A stretch of 64,000 bases of DNA from Takakia lepidozioides (taxonomy: Eukaryota > Plantae > Bryophyta): the NCBI GenBank assembly GCA_030704615.1, contig CM060731.1, positions 91,946,001 through 92,010,000 of the forward strand, in the 5' to 3' direction. The translations under genes were made by a program, and so were the position numbers. Numbering within the stretch: position 1 is the first letter of the stretch; every line of letters begins with the position of its first letter. A model generated the notes under the pieces. That model saw nothing but the letters and a program-made list of their open reading frames with translations. It did not search any database and had not been told where the DNA came from. Shown piece by piece: positions 24,543 through 36,209 of this stretch.

Positions 24543-27500
24543 GGGCAAGCACAAGCGCACTGGATCCACGATCCCTGCTGCTAGCAATGGAGATGGCGCC
24601 CACAAGAACGCAGGAGGTGGCCCTAACTCTCCCATCGTTGTGGGTTCTGTGCCACCAGCACCCCCACCTTATTATGGTATGCCTCAGTACCCACAGTCTG
24701 GCACTCAGTATGGTCAGGGTCAATATGGTGCTCCTCCATATGGGCAGTATGGCCAGTATCCTCCTCCACCATATTTGCCACCCCCTAATAGCTATGGGGG
24801 TGGCAGGCCACCGGAATATCCTCCTGCTTATGGATAGTATGGCCAGTATGGTCCTCGGCCTTCTGGCCAACAGCCATGGCCACCAGTCCCTACTTGGCAG
24901 GATCCTGATTTGAATTCTCCTGAGCGCACGGAGGTCTCTGAAGAAGGGGAGGGTGCCGTTTCAAAGAATGATAGAACCAATGCTTTAAGGAGGGCTAATA
25001 GCTCAGCCAAAATTGAAGCTGCCCAGGTGAAGGAAGAGAGAATAGCTGCAGGTCTCCCTCCCACGATGATTGTGACGAACCTCAAAGGAGCCCCGTATGG
25101 TCAGACCCGGAATGTATGGCACGCTGCCCTTAAAGGACAAGCTTATCGCAAGCTAGATTGTTCCCTTGCCATCAACAACCAACCTGATGAAGTTGTATAC
25201 GAAATCAGAGATCACCTGACTAAGCTATTTTCATATACGCCACACAAGTTAAAAGACTTCCACCTAAAACAAACAATTGGCAGAATAATGAAAATGCCAA
25301 CGTTATGAAGCACACACTGCGTGGTTGGGTGGTAAGGGGAAACCCATTACTGTATCTGACGAGGTATGGAACAAGCTTGTAAGTTACTGGCAGACAGAGG
25401 TGTTCCACAAAGAGTCGGGTAACATGAAGAAGACAAATGGTGCAATTTAGAATCCTACCAAGACTGGCCGTGGTGGGAAGGCAATGGTGGAAGCACGCTT
25501 GGTAAGTGGCATCATCACGACTCTGTATTTTGTTCCTCATTGAATTGCTATGTGTATATAGTCAGCCCTCACATTGCTTACTAACTTGTGGCATGGGTTT
25601 GTTTGTGGCATGGATCAATTAATTTGCAGGAAACACCATCAGGGTGCCCTCCTACATTATATGAAATTCAAGAGGGTTCAGTGTCACGGTTGTCAGCTGG
25701 GAGTGACAGGCGGGTAAGTGTGTTTTCCACGTTTGCTAGAGTGGTTGCTGCATCATAGGTTGCTAGGGTTTTTTTCAAGGCTTTTGGCCTGGGTTTTCTT
25801 TCCAATGGTTGTTCATGCTAGGTTTTTTTTGTTTGATTCATACTTGGGCAAGTTTTCATGGATTGGCAGGAGAGAAGTCTTGCATATTCTACAGTAGTTG
25901 GTAGGATGGATGGCTTGGACAAACTGGTGGAATCACAAGGACGTGACATGGCAGACTTAAAATTACAGATGCAGAGCATGATTGAGTACCAGGAAGCCAT
26001 TGTGGCCAGATTGGGGATTAATCTACCAGGTGCAGGACCAGTGACATCTACGATGGATGCGTTTGCTGTGACAGTATCAAAATGTTTGGAATCCCAATAA
26101 CTGGTGCTCACTCTAAGCCCTTATGTCTTCCTGTCACTGACGATCTTTTGAATTTGACCGAGCAGCAGCAGGATACAGGGAAGGCCAGCTGTGAGGTACA
26201 CGTGGAAATTCAGCCCTTGTCACGTACAAAGGCAGTAGCAGTCCAGGGGGCAATGGTGACAGAGCCGTCAGGCACACCGGATTTTGGTATGCAGGTATTT
26301 GGGAGTTTAAATGGGGAGGAAGATGCAGATGGGGACAAAACAAACAAACATGTTGCTTTAATTTCTCCTGCTCACATGTTGAAGCCAAATGACAGTTTAC
26401 TTCCTGGACCAGCGAGGAAGCATTTACTAATTCTGGACTTAAATGGTTTGTTATGTGAATCTTTTCATTCTGCTAATGGGCCTGCATCCCTTCCCAAAGG
26501 TTTTGTGGGGAAGATGTGTGGCAAGAAGATGGTAGTTTTGAGACCACGCTGTTATGACTTTTTGCAAAAGTGTTTTGAACACTTTGAGGTGGCGGTGTGG
26601 TCTTGTTGCCAAGCTCGCAACTTCTTCCCAATGGTGGACTATATTTTTGCAGCCCACACTAAGCTGGTTTTCCAGTGGGATGCCCTTCACTGTGACGAGG
26701 ATCCAGTCCTCCCATGCCGTAAGGGGTCTGATTCAAAGCCATTATATTTCAAGAAATTGTCTAGAGTGTGGGCAGACTGGCCAGAATGGACTTATGAGGA
26801 CACTGTTCTTGTTGACGACACACCAAGAAAGGCGGCAAACAATCCTCCCTTCAGTGGGATTTTTCCAGAGCCATGGAAAGTGCAACCAGATTCACCAACT
26901 GATGAGTATCTAACAGAGATGTTGTGGCCTTTCTTGTGGAAGGCATTGAAAGCTGCCAGTATTCCCAAGTTTTTGGAGTCTCAGCCTGTTTTCGGACAAC
27001 AACCATACAACACTACTACTGTGAAGTTACAAACATTTTGACAGTGCTCCAGAGGCTACAATTTTGTGGGTTCATTCATTGCATTGCTTTCCTGGATGCT
27101 TCTCCTCGGTTGCTTGATTAATGCTAGGTTTTCTTTGCAGGTTTTCATGTTGGCTTTTTTTGTTTGATTCATACATGGATTTTGTTTCTATTCACTATTC
27201 CTGTTTGCTCATTGCTTTCTTGGTTGTTCTCTGGTCTGTGACACAGGAACTTGTGACAAACAAAGGTGATATTGTCGACAAGCCGGTACAGACCAGGGGC
27301 AAGAGTGTCGACCCGGCGAGTAGCCCCCCAAAAGAGGCCTTACAACCACTCGAGACTGCAAATGGAGTAAGTCCAGGCCCTTGTCTTGTTTGTTTTATTT
27401 TTTCCAACCTTGGGGCTCTCTTTAATTCGCAAATGTTGAGTGTCCTAGTCGTGTGTATGTCATGGGTTTTCACATCGTGTTCTTTTTTGTGTGGAGTTGG

Positions 27501-27790
27501 GATCACAGTTCAGGGTGGGTGACGGGGTTCGGCTGTTGGATGTGAACTCCAAACGCAAGAAATGTGGAGTAGGGCTAATTGTTGCTCTTCAAGGTGCTGT
27601 GGTGGGTTACGGGTACCCTGTTGTGCCCCTTGATTATGCCTGTGTGTACATCAAAGAGGCATGTGTCAGTAACACCCCTCTACCATATGTGAATGGCGTT
27701 AGGAAACATACCGAGTTGGGGCAGGTGGTTGGCCATACAACACTTTGGAGTCTAAAGTTACTGAAACTTATGGAGCTGCGGAAGGGATAG
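24543..27790 (+). mobile_element. CACTA TnpA/Ptta-like multi-exon gene (disrupted) with an embedded FCP1/NIF-like domain and a C-terminal Tnp1-like domain
   Basis: 24910-25500 encodes EVWNKLVSYWQTE...GRGGKA (Ptta/En-Spm-like). 27491-27790 encodes VPLDYACVYIKEACVSNTPLPY...LGQVVGHTTLW (Tnp1-like). Gene boundaries are approximate. Confidence 0.6.
26400..27041 (+). CDS. FCP1/NIF-like HAD-superfamily phosphatase domain (exon of the CACTA ORF)
   Basis: KHLLILDLNGLL, VLRPRCYDFLQKCFEHFEVAVWS, KKLSRVW, TVLVDDTPRKA..NP. Confidence 0.85.
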   Translation, partial: LPGPARKHLLILDLNGLLCESFHSANGPASLPKGFVGKMCGKKMVVLRPRCYDFLQKCFEHFEVAVWSCCQARNFFPMVDYIFAAHTKLVFQWDALHCDEDPVLPCRKGSDSKPLYFKKLSRVWADWPEWTYEDTVLVDDTPRKAANNPPFSGIFPEPWKVQPDSPTDEYLTEMLWPFLWKALKAASIPKFLESQPVFGQQPYNTTTVKLQTF

Positions 27791-28249
27791 TCAGTATTGC
27801 ACTGTTTAACAGAGTTCTTGATTCTAATAGCACCAGAACATACTAGCTACAACAATTCAGCCCATGTGTGGGCTTGCTTGTTTTTTGCTGGGCCTTTTAA
27901 GTCATGGATTTTTTGACCTTGTGGCTTTTGAGGTGTCCATTGGGACATTGGTCTCATTTGGATTTTTGTAATGTGATTTATAGGGCTTGTATTGCCCTGT
28001 AGTTGACTATTTTCATTCTCCTTGGTTGATAGTATGCAGGAGGGATCGATTCTGTTTTCATGTTGGAATTTCACCATGTAATAAAGAATTTAAATCATTT
28101 AATTCACTTTCATTTTAAATAATAATATTAAAAATAATACCATTTAATAAAATTTTCCAAGGCTGCAATCTCCCCGTTCTTTTAAATATTAAATGAAAAC
28201 TAAAAATTAAAATATAAACATTAAAAATATAAACTATTTCGGAAAACAA

Positions 28250-28968
28250 TCTTGATGACACGTGGCATCACTCCTGCTCAAACCAGAACACGTGGCAGTA
28301 TATGACACGACATTCTTTATCTATATTTTCACCACGTGTAAAGATCCATAGTCATATATGCTAGTCATATATTTTGTCTGTGTGCCACATGTCACATCTC
28401 AAGTGCAACAGGTGTCCCGCTAACAACTCTCCATGTAGACATCCCTGTAGTCATATGAGCGAGTCATGTAGTCACCACGTGTGAAATCTGCCATAGCACA
28501 CGTGTCCCGCTAGCGCCTCTCCATGTAGGCATCATTGTGCAGACATGCAGTCCTATGATCATGGCAAGAAGTCGTGACATGTCAAATTCCCAGTGGCGCA
28601 CATGTCCATCCATCGCCTCTCCATGTAGGCATCACTTTGCAGACATGTAGTCATATGATCCCCTGACGAATGCATGACGTGTCGCTTGCGCAGTGGCGCA
28701 CGTGTCCCGCTGAAGCCTCTCCATGTAGACAGCGCTCAACAGACAATGTAGTCATATATTAGTCATATAGTTGTGACTGCAACCCTCTCTGCAGCAGGAC
28801 TCCAGGTACCACGCAAGCAGTCACGGATATGACTTGCAAAACGCAGTCCTAAAGACTAGTCGCTATGACAGGGTTTTTTTTCACTACAGAGTGATGTAGT
28901 TATGAACGCATATAAGACTGAAAAAATAGTCATATGTGAAGTCATAAAAACGCTCATCTGTTGTAGTG
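28250..28968. mobile_element. CACTA subterminal repeats and right terminus
   Basis: Repeated GTCATAT, CACGTGTC and CTCTCCATGTAG units. Ends TGTTGTAGTG (CACTACAACA on the minus strand) at 28968. Confidence 0.75.
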
Positions 28969-29345
28969 TTCTTGGTGTGATTGCTCATGCTTAGAGAGCT
29001 TTCATTGTCTTCCACTTCTCTCATTGTGGCATAGCTTTCTAGGATTGTATGCTTAGAATGTATGATGGACAACGATGTATCTTGTGGCACGATGCTTAGG
29101 TGCACGACACATGGACTTGCGGCTGTTGCAGAAAGCGTAGAGTGTTGCGGTGGAGCCTAGAGATGAGTGCATAAGGATTGCCAGATACGACGAGGCTACT
29201 CGAGGAAGCATAGAGTGTTGCGGTGGGGCCTAGGAACGACTGCACAGGCGGGGTTAAGTGGGATCGTGGAACGGCTGCTGAAGGCGGAGGTCAGTGGAAT
29301 ACCCATTTTTCGCAGCGACAGTTTGCAGGGAGCTAGCGTGAAAAA

Positions 29346-29869
29346 ATGCTGAGGATGAAAGTTGTGGCCAGGCAGAGGGCAAAAGAAAAATGCAAGACCA
29401 GTGAAAAATATCTAGAAGTCAGTGTTACCTTCGGTGTCGGTGCAGCGGATATAGATGTCACGTGTTTATAGAAGATGGAGAATTTCATTAACCGTGTGTG
29501 CATCTCCGGATTGTGTACGTTGGAGAGGGGTGACACTCTATTTCACCTTCACTTGCAAATGATTTGTACAATATATGTTTCCGGCTTGTTGATGTTAAAC
29601 ATGCTCATAAAAAAGAACTTAGATGGGATGATCCCAAAGTTGCACCTCCAGGACATGTGGTTCATTGTAAAGCGCTTCGTGGAAAAGGTTTGCACACTGT
29701 TATTGGGATGGTTGGTTACTATTTGAAGAATATCAACAAACCTGGTTTCAAATTTGGTCAGTTCCGAACAGATGCATAATGGGCTTGATGAGTATGTCAA
29801 GTACGACACTTCGTCAATTAAAAATCGAGTGTGTCTCACACATCAAAATCTACTGGAACGCGCACAAAT
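29346..29869 (+). mobile_element. Degenerate Replitron HUH endonuclease
   Basis: EVSVTFGVG, CTLERGDTLFHLHLQ (HUH motif), then after a frameshift KGLHTVIGMVGYYLKN (catalytic Tyr motif). Contains a stop and a frameshift and is interrupted by an LTR element. Confidence 0.8.
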
Positions 29870-30969
29870 TGTTAAATTTGTGGAAAGAGAGAGTGACTTG
29901 TAATTGATAATGAAGAAGATGTTAATAGTGAGTGTGTGCTCACTTTAAGACATGTGAACAGTCATGACTATTGATACAACCAATAGGTCTAAGTTACACA
30001 GATCACAACTCTTTGTCTAAGAGTTGTGTCCCTTCAAGATTCACCATATGACATGATGAATGTTAAATTGACTTCCAACACCCTCCCTCAATGAAAACAT
30101 TCAACAGTCTAAATTATGAAGGCCATGATTTTGTCCAACAATGCTATTAAAGCATATTCACATAATTTTAATCTTTGATTAAATGAGATGTATAGAGTTG
30201 TTGGCATTGGCCAACGTCCTCTAGCATGTCCTCCCTTGGTCGAATTGAGACTTTGTTCACATCAAAGTGAAAGTCGTTATTGTGACCAACTTGCTATCAA
30301 TTACTCAGAGATAGCTTGATTTTCAAAAAGAAGTTCTTGTTGGATAAAGTACTCATTTGAAGTTCAAATGCACCAATAGTGATGATGTTGGAATGACACA
30401 TTAGATCTTTTCTTTAAGTTAATGCCGCATGACATAACTCTACATGAAGGTTCTGAAACAAGTTTATTAACAATATAATTGTTACTTAAATGACACTTTA
30501 ATTGAAATGGCCATTAGACTCAATTGTCTCCATGACTTCTTGACATGTTTTTCACCATTAATATTCATTCGTGGCTTCTTTGCCTAGGAATAATGTTCAC
30601 CACATTTAGGTGCTTATGGTGTACTATACTGATGCAAAGTTTGGTTTTATATATAATAAAATTTAGATCTTTAGACCTAATTAGATCTTCTTTGATAGTC
30701 GCTTAACTATCATATCTACTAGTACTACAATACTAACATGACAATCTTAAGTCGACTCTCATTAGATCTCTATTGAAAGGTTGAGCATTAGCTCTGATAC
30801 CATGTTAAATTTATGGAAATAGAGAGTGACTTGTAATTGATAATGAAGAAGATGTTACAATAGTGAGTGTATGCTCACTTTAAGACATGTGAATAGTCAT
30901 GACTATTGATCCAACCAATAGGTCTAAGTCACATAGATCACAATTCTTTGTCTAAGAGTTGTGTCCCTT
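29870..30969 (-). mobile_element. Small non-autonomous LTR retrotransposon (TRIM-like), 5' LTR truncated
   Basis: LTR 29870-30080 (TG...CA) and a partial copy at 30803-30969. PBS TGGTATCAGAGC (tRNA-iMet) at 30791-30802 and PPT TGAGGGAGGG at 30081-30090 on the minus strand. No ORF inside. Confidence 0.8.
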
Positions 30970-31226
30970 ATTTAAAACTGCAACTTTCAAAGTTGGGTTT
31001 GGAGGAAGACTATAGCTCAAGAATGGGATGTCAAACATTGGCATTTATATGGAATCCATCGCTGCTGGAAGACGACTCTTTAGTACTTGCGTAGCTGTTG
31101 GTAGTAAACCGAGATGGAGGCAGGCAGACACGGAGCAACGACCTCCGTCATCATCGCTTCGAGATCCATTCATATTCTTTTACATCGATTCCTCCTTTTT
31201 TCATTCGTCGCTTCGTTCCATCAATG

Positions 31227-32418
31227 CACTATAGCAAATGGGGGGGGGGGGGTTTTTCGATGCTAGCCACGCCCCCACGCCCTGTGCGACGCTGAGCCCG
31301 CGGCGTTGTTTTGCGACGTCCCGGCGTCGCAATCCCCCGCTGCGACACCATTACGACTCCCAGCCGTCGTAAGGTGGCATGAAGGGGGAAAGAGGGCCCT
31401 CGCTGCGACGGTTTTTTTTTCTTGCGACGCCCCGACGTCGGAAATCCAAAAAATATATTAAAATATTTAAAAAATAAATAAATTTTTTAGACGTTGCGAC
31501 GCCTCGGCTTCGCAAAAGCGTCACTAAGGGCGGCCTAGCACCTCTGTGACGCCGTTGCAACAGCATCACCACAGTGGGAGTTTTTTTTTTTTTTTGGGCT
31601 TTGCGGCCCTCAACTTCACAAAAGTGTCGCTGGGGGCGCCCGCGCTGGGACGCCCAACGTTGCGACGTCAGGGGGTCGCAACGACGTCGCCACAGTGGGT
31701 CGCAATGGTGTTGTGGTCAGCTTAGGTCCACACAATGACGTCGCTTGGGGCGCTTAACGGTGGGGGTACAACAACGGCGACGATGTTGGGGCTGGGGCCG
31801 GGGCTGGGGCTGGGGCTGGGGCAGGGGCACTAAGGCTGTGGAGGTTGCAACTCCCCGACGTCACAAGAGAGACCCCCTTAACAGGAATTTGAAGGAACTT
31901 GAAGGAACTCTTTATATATATATATATATATAACTTTTGTGATACATAGATGTAGCGTAGGTGTGTTGGTTAGTTTGTAGTGTCTTAGAAATGTTATAAC
32001 ATGGAGGTCTTAGGTTCAAGTATGCGTTGCATGATATATGTAGAACAATGAACATATCGCCATTAGACAGAACCGGAGTCAATGGTCAACAAGTTTTTGA
32101 AATTCAAATTTTCCCGCCTAAATTCATATGTACCCCCCTTAAATTGTGACGTCCGGGCGTCGCACTTTGCGACCCCAAGACGGTGCTAATTCTGCATTGC
32201 AGAATAGGTTTTTTTTTTTTTTTTTTTTTCCCCTTCCGACGCCCGTGCGTCGCAAATCGCGGTTGCGCATATTTGCGATCCCCATTGGTCGCAAATTTGC
32301 GACGTTTTTTTGACGACCCCCGGACGTCGCAAATATGGTTTTTTTTTTTCGCCCGAACAGGGCTGTTTTACGACACCGCGGCGTGAAAACCCCCCCCCCC
32401 CCCCTTTTTCCTGTAGTG
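31227..32418. mobile_element. Complete non-autonomous CACTA element
   Basis: CACTATAG...CTGTAGTG termini, 3-bp TSD ATG on both sides, and GCGACG/CGTCGC subterminal repeats. Confidence 0.9.
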
Positions 32419-33029
32419 ATGAATGCTACTTCGAGGCAGGCCCATCCAGTATATATATTCATCGATACAGCTATGTACCCATCCATGAACATAGGAGTAT
32501 TCTATATATACATGAGTACGTCCACGTGCTGTCAACACAAATGTACATGATGGGTTATAGGAGAGGGATGCTTAAGTCAATCTACTGCGAGCTTCCTCTC
32601 AGATCCCAAGCCGGAAGACATGGGTTCGTGTGTGTGTGGGAGAGATAAAGGCAAGAACGAGCTAACTGTGTCACCGTGTCTTGTGCTGAGAAATTGTTCA
32701 GTTAGGCCTTGCCGTCAAAGAGAGAAGCCCTAGGCTGATCTGCAGGAGTTGCAGAAGAGGAGCTAGAGAGCCTGGAAAAACTAGCTACCCATGCTTGTAT
32801 TCTTGGACTGGAGCTATCCATATCCGAGGTTGGTCCATAGGCACAGATCTGCATACATAAGGCCGCATCTAGGTACCCAATCTACATTGCATTAAATTAT
32901 TGTTTTTTATTTTCGAAATTTGTACTTCTGCTCATGAAAACCGATTGTGTTACTACTCTGCTCGCAGAGATACACTAGCGGAACCTGAATTTTTCCCGTG
33001 TACTAAGGGAGACCAACTTGAGAATCTTT

Positions 33030-33790
33030 AGTCCGTAGACAGGGGAGCACTGCCCTAGAATCAAAGACTAGAAGCTCATCCAGGTTTGCAGCTGGTCCTA
33101 CTTCTCCTGCTACGGAGTCAAATCCAGGTGACAGTGATACAGGTTGTATCATTAAAATAGACACCGTGATTCCCATAAGATTTTTGTGTACGCCCTGCTA
33201 TAACTCTACACACAAGGATCGCATGTTTCTTCCTCAAATTATCTATTCCCACAATCGGGAGGGGCGTCTTGTGAGCTTTTCCGTTGACCTGGCTGTGGTA
33301 TAGATCCCCTTGTCTTCCTCCACAGTGAATCCTGAGCGGAGGATATAGCATACGTTGCAGGTAGCTAAATGTTTGACGAGCCATTTAGTCCCAACGAGCA
33401 CACGAGGGCGGTACCATGAAACCTCAATAACTCATTACCGTCCACCAGGCACTGCGGATGCTTCTTGTCTTCCCTGCTCACTCGCCTTTTCACAGTCTCA
33501 CGATACTCCTCAAATCTCGCTATGGTTCTTTCAGTATTGTCGATCTTAAAGTATTCCGTCTTTCTTGCCACACGGAATTTTATTGTTCATCCAGCTGCTG
33601 CGGAATATGATCTCGACCACAGTGAGTGACGAGTCTTCTTTCCGCAACTCCAACACTGCAAACAGCCTCCCCTTGGTCAGCTCTGGATATCTTCGATACT
33701 TAAGGTTAAATCCTCAGTTCACCGGACCCTCAAAGCAACTTCCATAGGTGCACAACTATAACTTCCGTGCCCTGCATGAAGTAGCCAACT
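33030..33790 (-). pseudogene. Plant C2H2/PARP-like catalytic-fold gene, frameshifted
   Basis: VEIIFRSSW, IARFEEYRETVK...HPQCLVDGNELLRFHGT, AILVCRVIAGR, FDSVAG...LDELLVFDSRAVLPC, spread across frames. Confidence 0.75.
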
Positions 33791-33813
33791 GCTAAAAATT
33801 AAGAAGTCGTTAT

Positions 33814-34010
33814 TCAGGATTGCACGGAGTAATTCCAGTCTTCTTCATCGGAGTGCAGCCTTTGTATCATGCCCATCCATGCAAGCAGTCTATGGTTTCC
33901 ATCCCAGACGCACGGAACATCTTCCCCGAGAATGCTTGCGTGGAGTGTTTCTTTGCGAGCTGCTCCTTGAACTCCTTGTTCACCTTTCGCAGATGGGATT
34001 TGTCTTCTAA
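33814..34010 (-). pseudogene. Third fragment of the ParB-like domain
   Basis: FSGKMF/VWDGNHRLLAWMGMIQRLHSDEEDWNYSV is homologous to MSGKMFYVWDGNHRLLAWMEHIAQAHPNDLDWHFAV. Confidence 0.8.
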
Positions 34011-34392
34011 GGGGATTTGCTCTAGGTACCCTACACAAGCATAACCAAGTGGGTCTTCTGAAGAGTAGGTCTCTGTTTCTGCTACACCTCCTGAGCCTTA
34101 GAAGCCTCTCACAATCTTCACAATCACACCCTAAACAAATATGACTATTAAAATCTAATGGAGTGTCTAGTGAAAGGTCCATGGATAAACGGGTCCATAA
34201 AACAACTGATGAAAGAATGCACTGATGAAAGATTTTGTCATGTACATAGCTTGGATCCCCTCCCTTGCAAACATACGGATGAACATTGGACCGATTGTTT
34301 TATGGTTACTTGTAAGGTTTCACTTATGAGAACTGTTTTGATTGAGTTTTACAGCTCAACTTCTGCCCTCATCCCTTCAACCAATAACAGCC

Positions 34393-35268
34393 ATGGGAAT
34401 GATGCTGGGAAAAATCACCATGGAGACGCCCAAGTACAAGGTTGTCGCACAGAAGCCTGATTATGAAATCAGGGAGTATGATCCTGTTGTGGTGGCGGAA
34501 GTTACATATGATCCCAAGGAGATGAAGAGGGGTAGAGATGGTGGATTCATGATTCTCTCGGGCTATATAGGGGCAATTGGAACACCCTGCAACAAGAAGG
34601 GGACAACACCTGGGGAGAAGATCGCAATGACTGCACCCGTCATCACACGGGAGCAATCTCATGGTCCGTTGGATCAATTTGTTTCGAAAATGTTCTGCCA
34701 ATCCACTACACCAGAACTACTGCTGCACCAAGACATGGACCATAGTATCTTCATGGCTAACACCTTCTTCATTTAGCGTGCTTAGATTCATTGAAAGGGC
34801 ATTTAAGTCACCAACTTGTTGTGGCACTCTGGAGGTAAATGCTGAATGTTAGATAATATTATCTGTGTTCCCAGAGGCAGGTCCAATTCACTCTGTGAAA
34901 CTTTCAGGTGGACGGGAGAAGATTGCAATGACTGCCCCAGTGGTTACTGAAGAAAAGGAGGTCAAGGAGGGGGAGAAGAGGTTAGTAACCATGCAGTTTG
35001 TGCTGCCCTCCAAGTATACTATGGAGAATGTGCCCACACCAACAGATGAAAGGATGAAGGTGAAAGACTTTCCAGCCAAAAAATTTGGAGTGATAAATAT
35101 CAGTGGAATGCAGATGAAAAGCTTACAGAGCAGCAGTTGCAGATACTGAGGAAGGCATTGCAAACTGACGGATACAAGATTACTGGGCAGTACTTACTGG
35201 CACAGTTCAACCCTCCATGGACTCCCTGGTTTCTTAGAACTAATGAAGTTATGCTTCCCATTGAGTAG
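34393..35268 (+). CDS. SOUL/HBP heme-binding family protein (intron 34664-34907; one frameshift near 35110)
   Basis: MGMMLGKITMETPKY...YEIREY, EKIAMTAPV twice, TMQFVLPSKY, LAQFNPPWTPWFLRTNEVMLPIE*. Confidence 0.85.
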
Positions 35269-36209
35269 ATTCTTAAATTGTAACATGACTAGACCATAGA
35301 GAGTTGACTGTCTGTAGGTATTGTCCAGGCTGTAGGAGATGCAAGGATTCATCACTGAAACTGTCTTTATCAGTTTGTCTTTTTGTTAGAAATCTTGAAG
35401 GAAACATGTATTGTATTATTATCACTTGCATGAAAGATTGCTTCAAATTTTTGTGAATGTGGATACTCTATTTGAGAGAGTGCCACAGGATCATAATTAT
35501 TCAGGCACCATCTCACTTTCTCTCCACCCACTCTCTATCAGAGGAAGGTACTGATGGTAAATTTGAAGGTATAACCTCAGTTGCTCGTGTCTCCTGAATG
35601 ATTGGTTTGAAAAAACTTGCTCTGGTTGGTTGCCAAGCAATGTATCATTTACTTGTTTGTATTTCACCAAGCTTTTATATGACAAGTCACTGGTCATTGG
35701 AAATTGCCAGATAGCTGACTATTTTGAAGCTGATTAATAGTACATTACCTTTCACATGCAGTCTCCTATGTAACTAGCTCATACTCACCACGATTACTGA
35801 TAGTTCTCACTCTGCAATCTGGGAATCTTAGTGCTTGCAATGATGGTACACACACCTTGACACACCGAGAATGTGCTCAAGAATATTCAACAGGGTTGTC
35901 TCTTTGGAATGGTGCATGACCCTTGGCATAGTCAAAATCAGAGGGCACATACTGGAAGCAAGCAGCCTCAGGGTTGAAGTCAGGGCAGCTGTACTAAAAG
36001 ATGTGGCACTAACACGAACCCATCTATACCATGATGTGTATATAGGGCCCACCCCCGAAAGGGGGCAGTAGCCGCAAGGCGAAGTGGCTCTTAGTTACGC
36101 CGGCCTCGGCCGGAGTCTTCTCTCTACCATGATGTGTTCTGTCATAATACACAAGGCCCACCTGGCACTGAACAGACAACCCCAGAGTTTCTTGAAGGTC
36201 TTAGAACAT

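Noticed and set aside
28882-28890. CACTACAGA as the start of a new CACTA element
   Set aside because: It lies within the subterminal region 80 bp from the 28968 end and has no TSD support.
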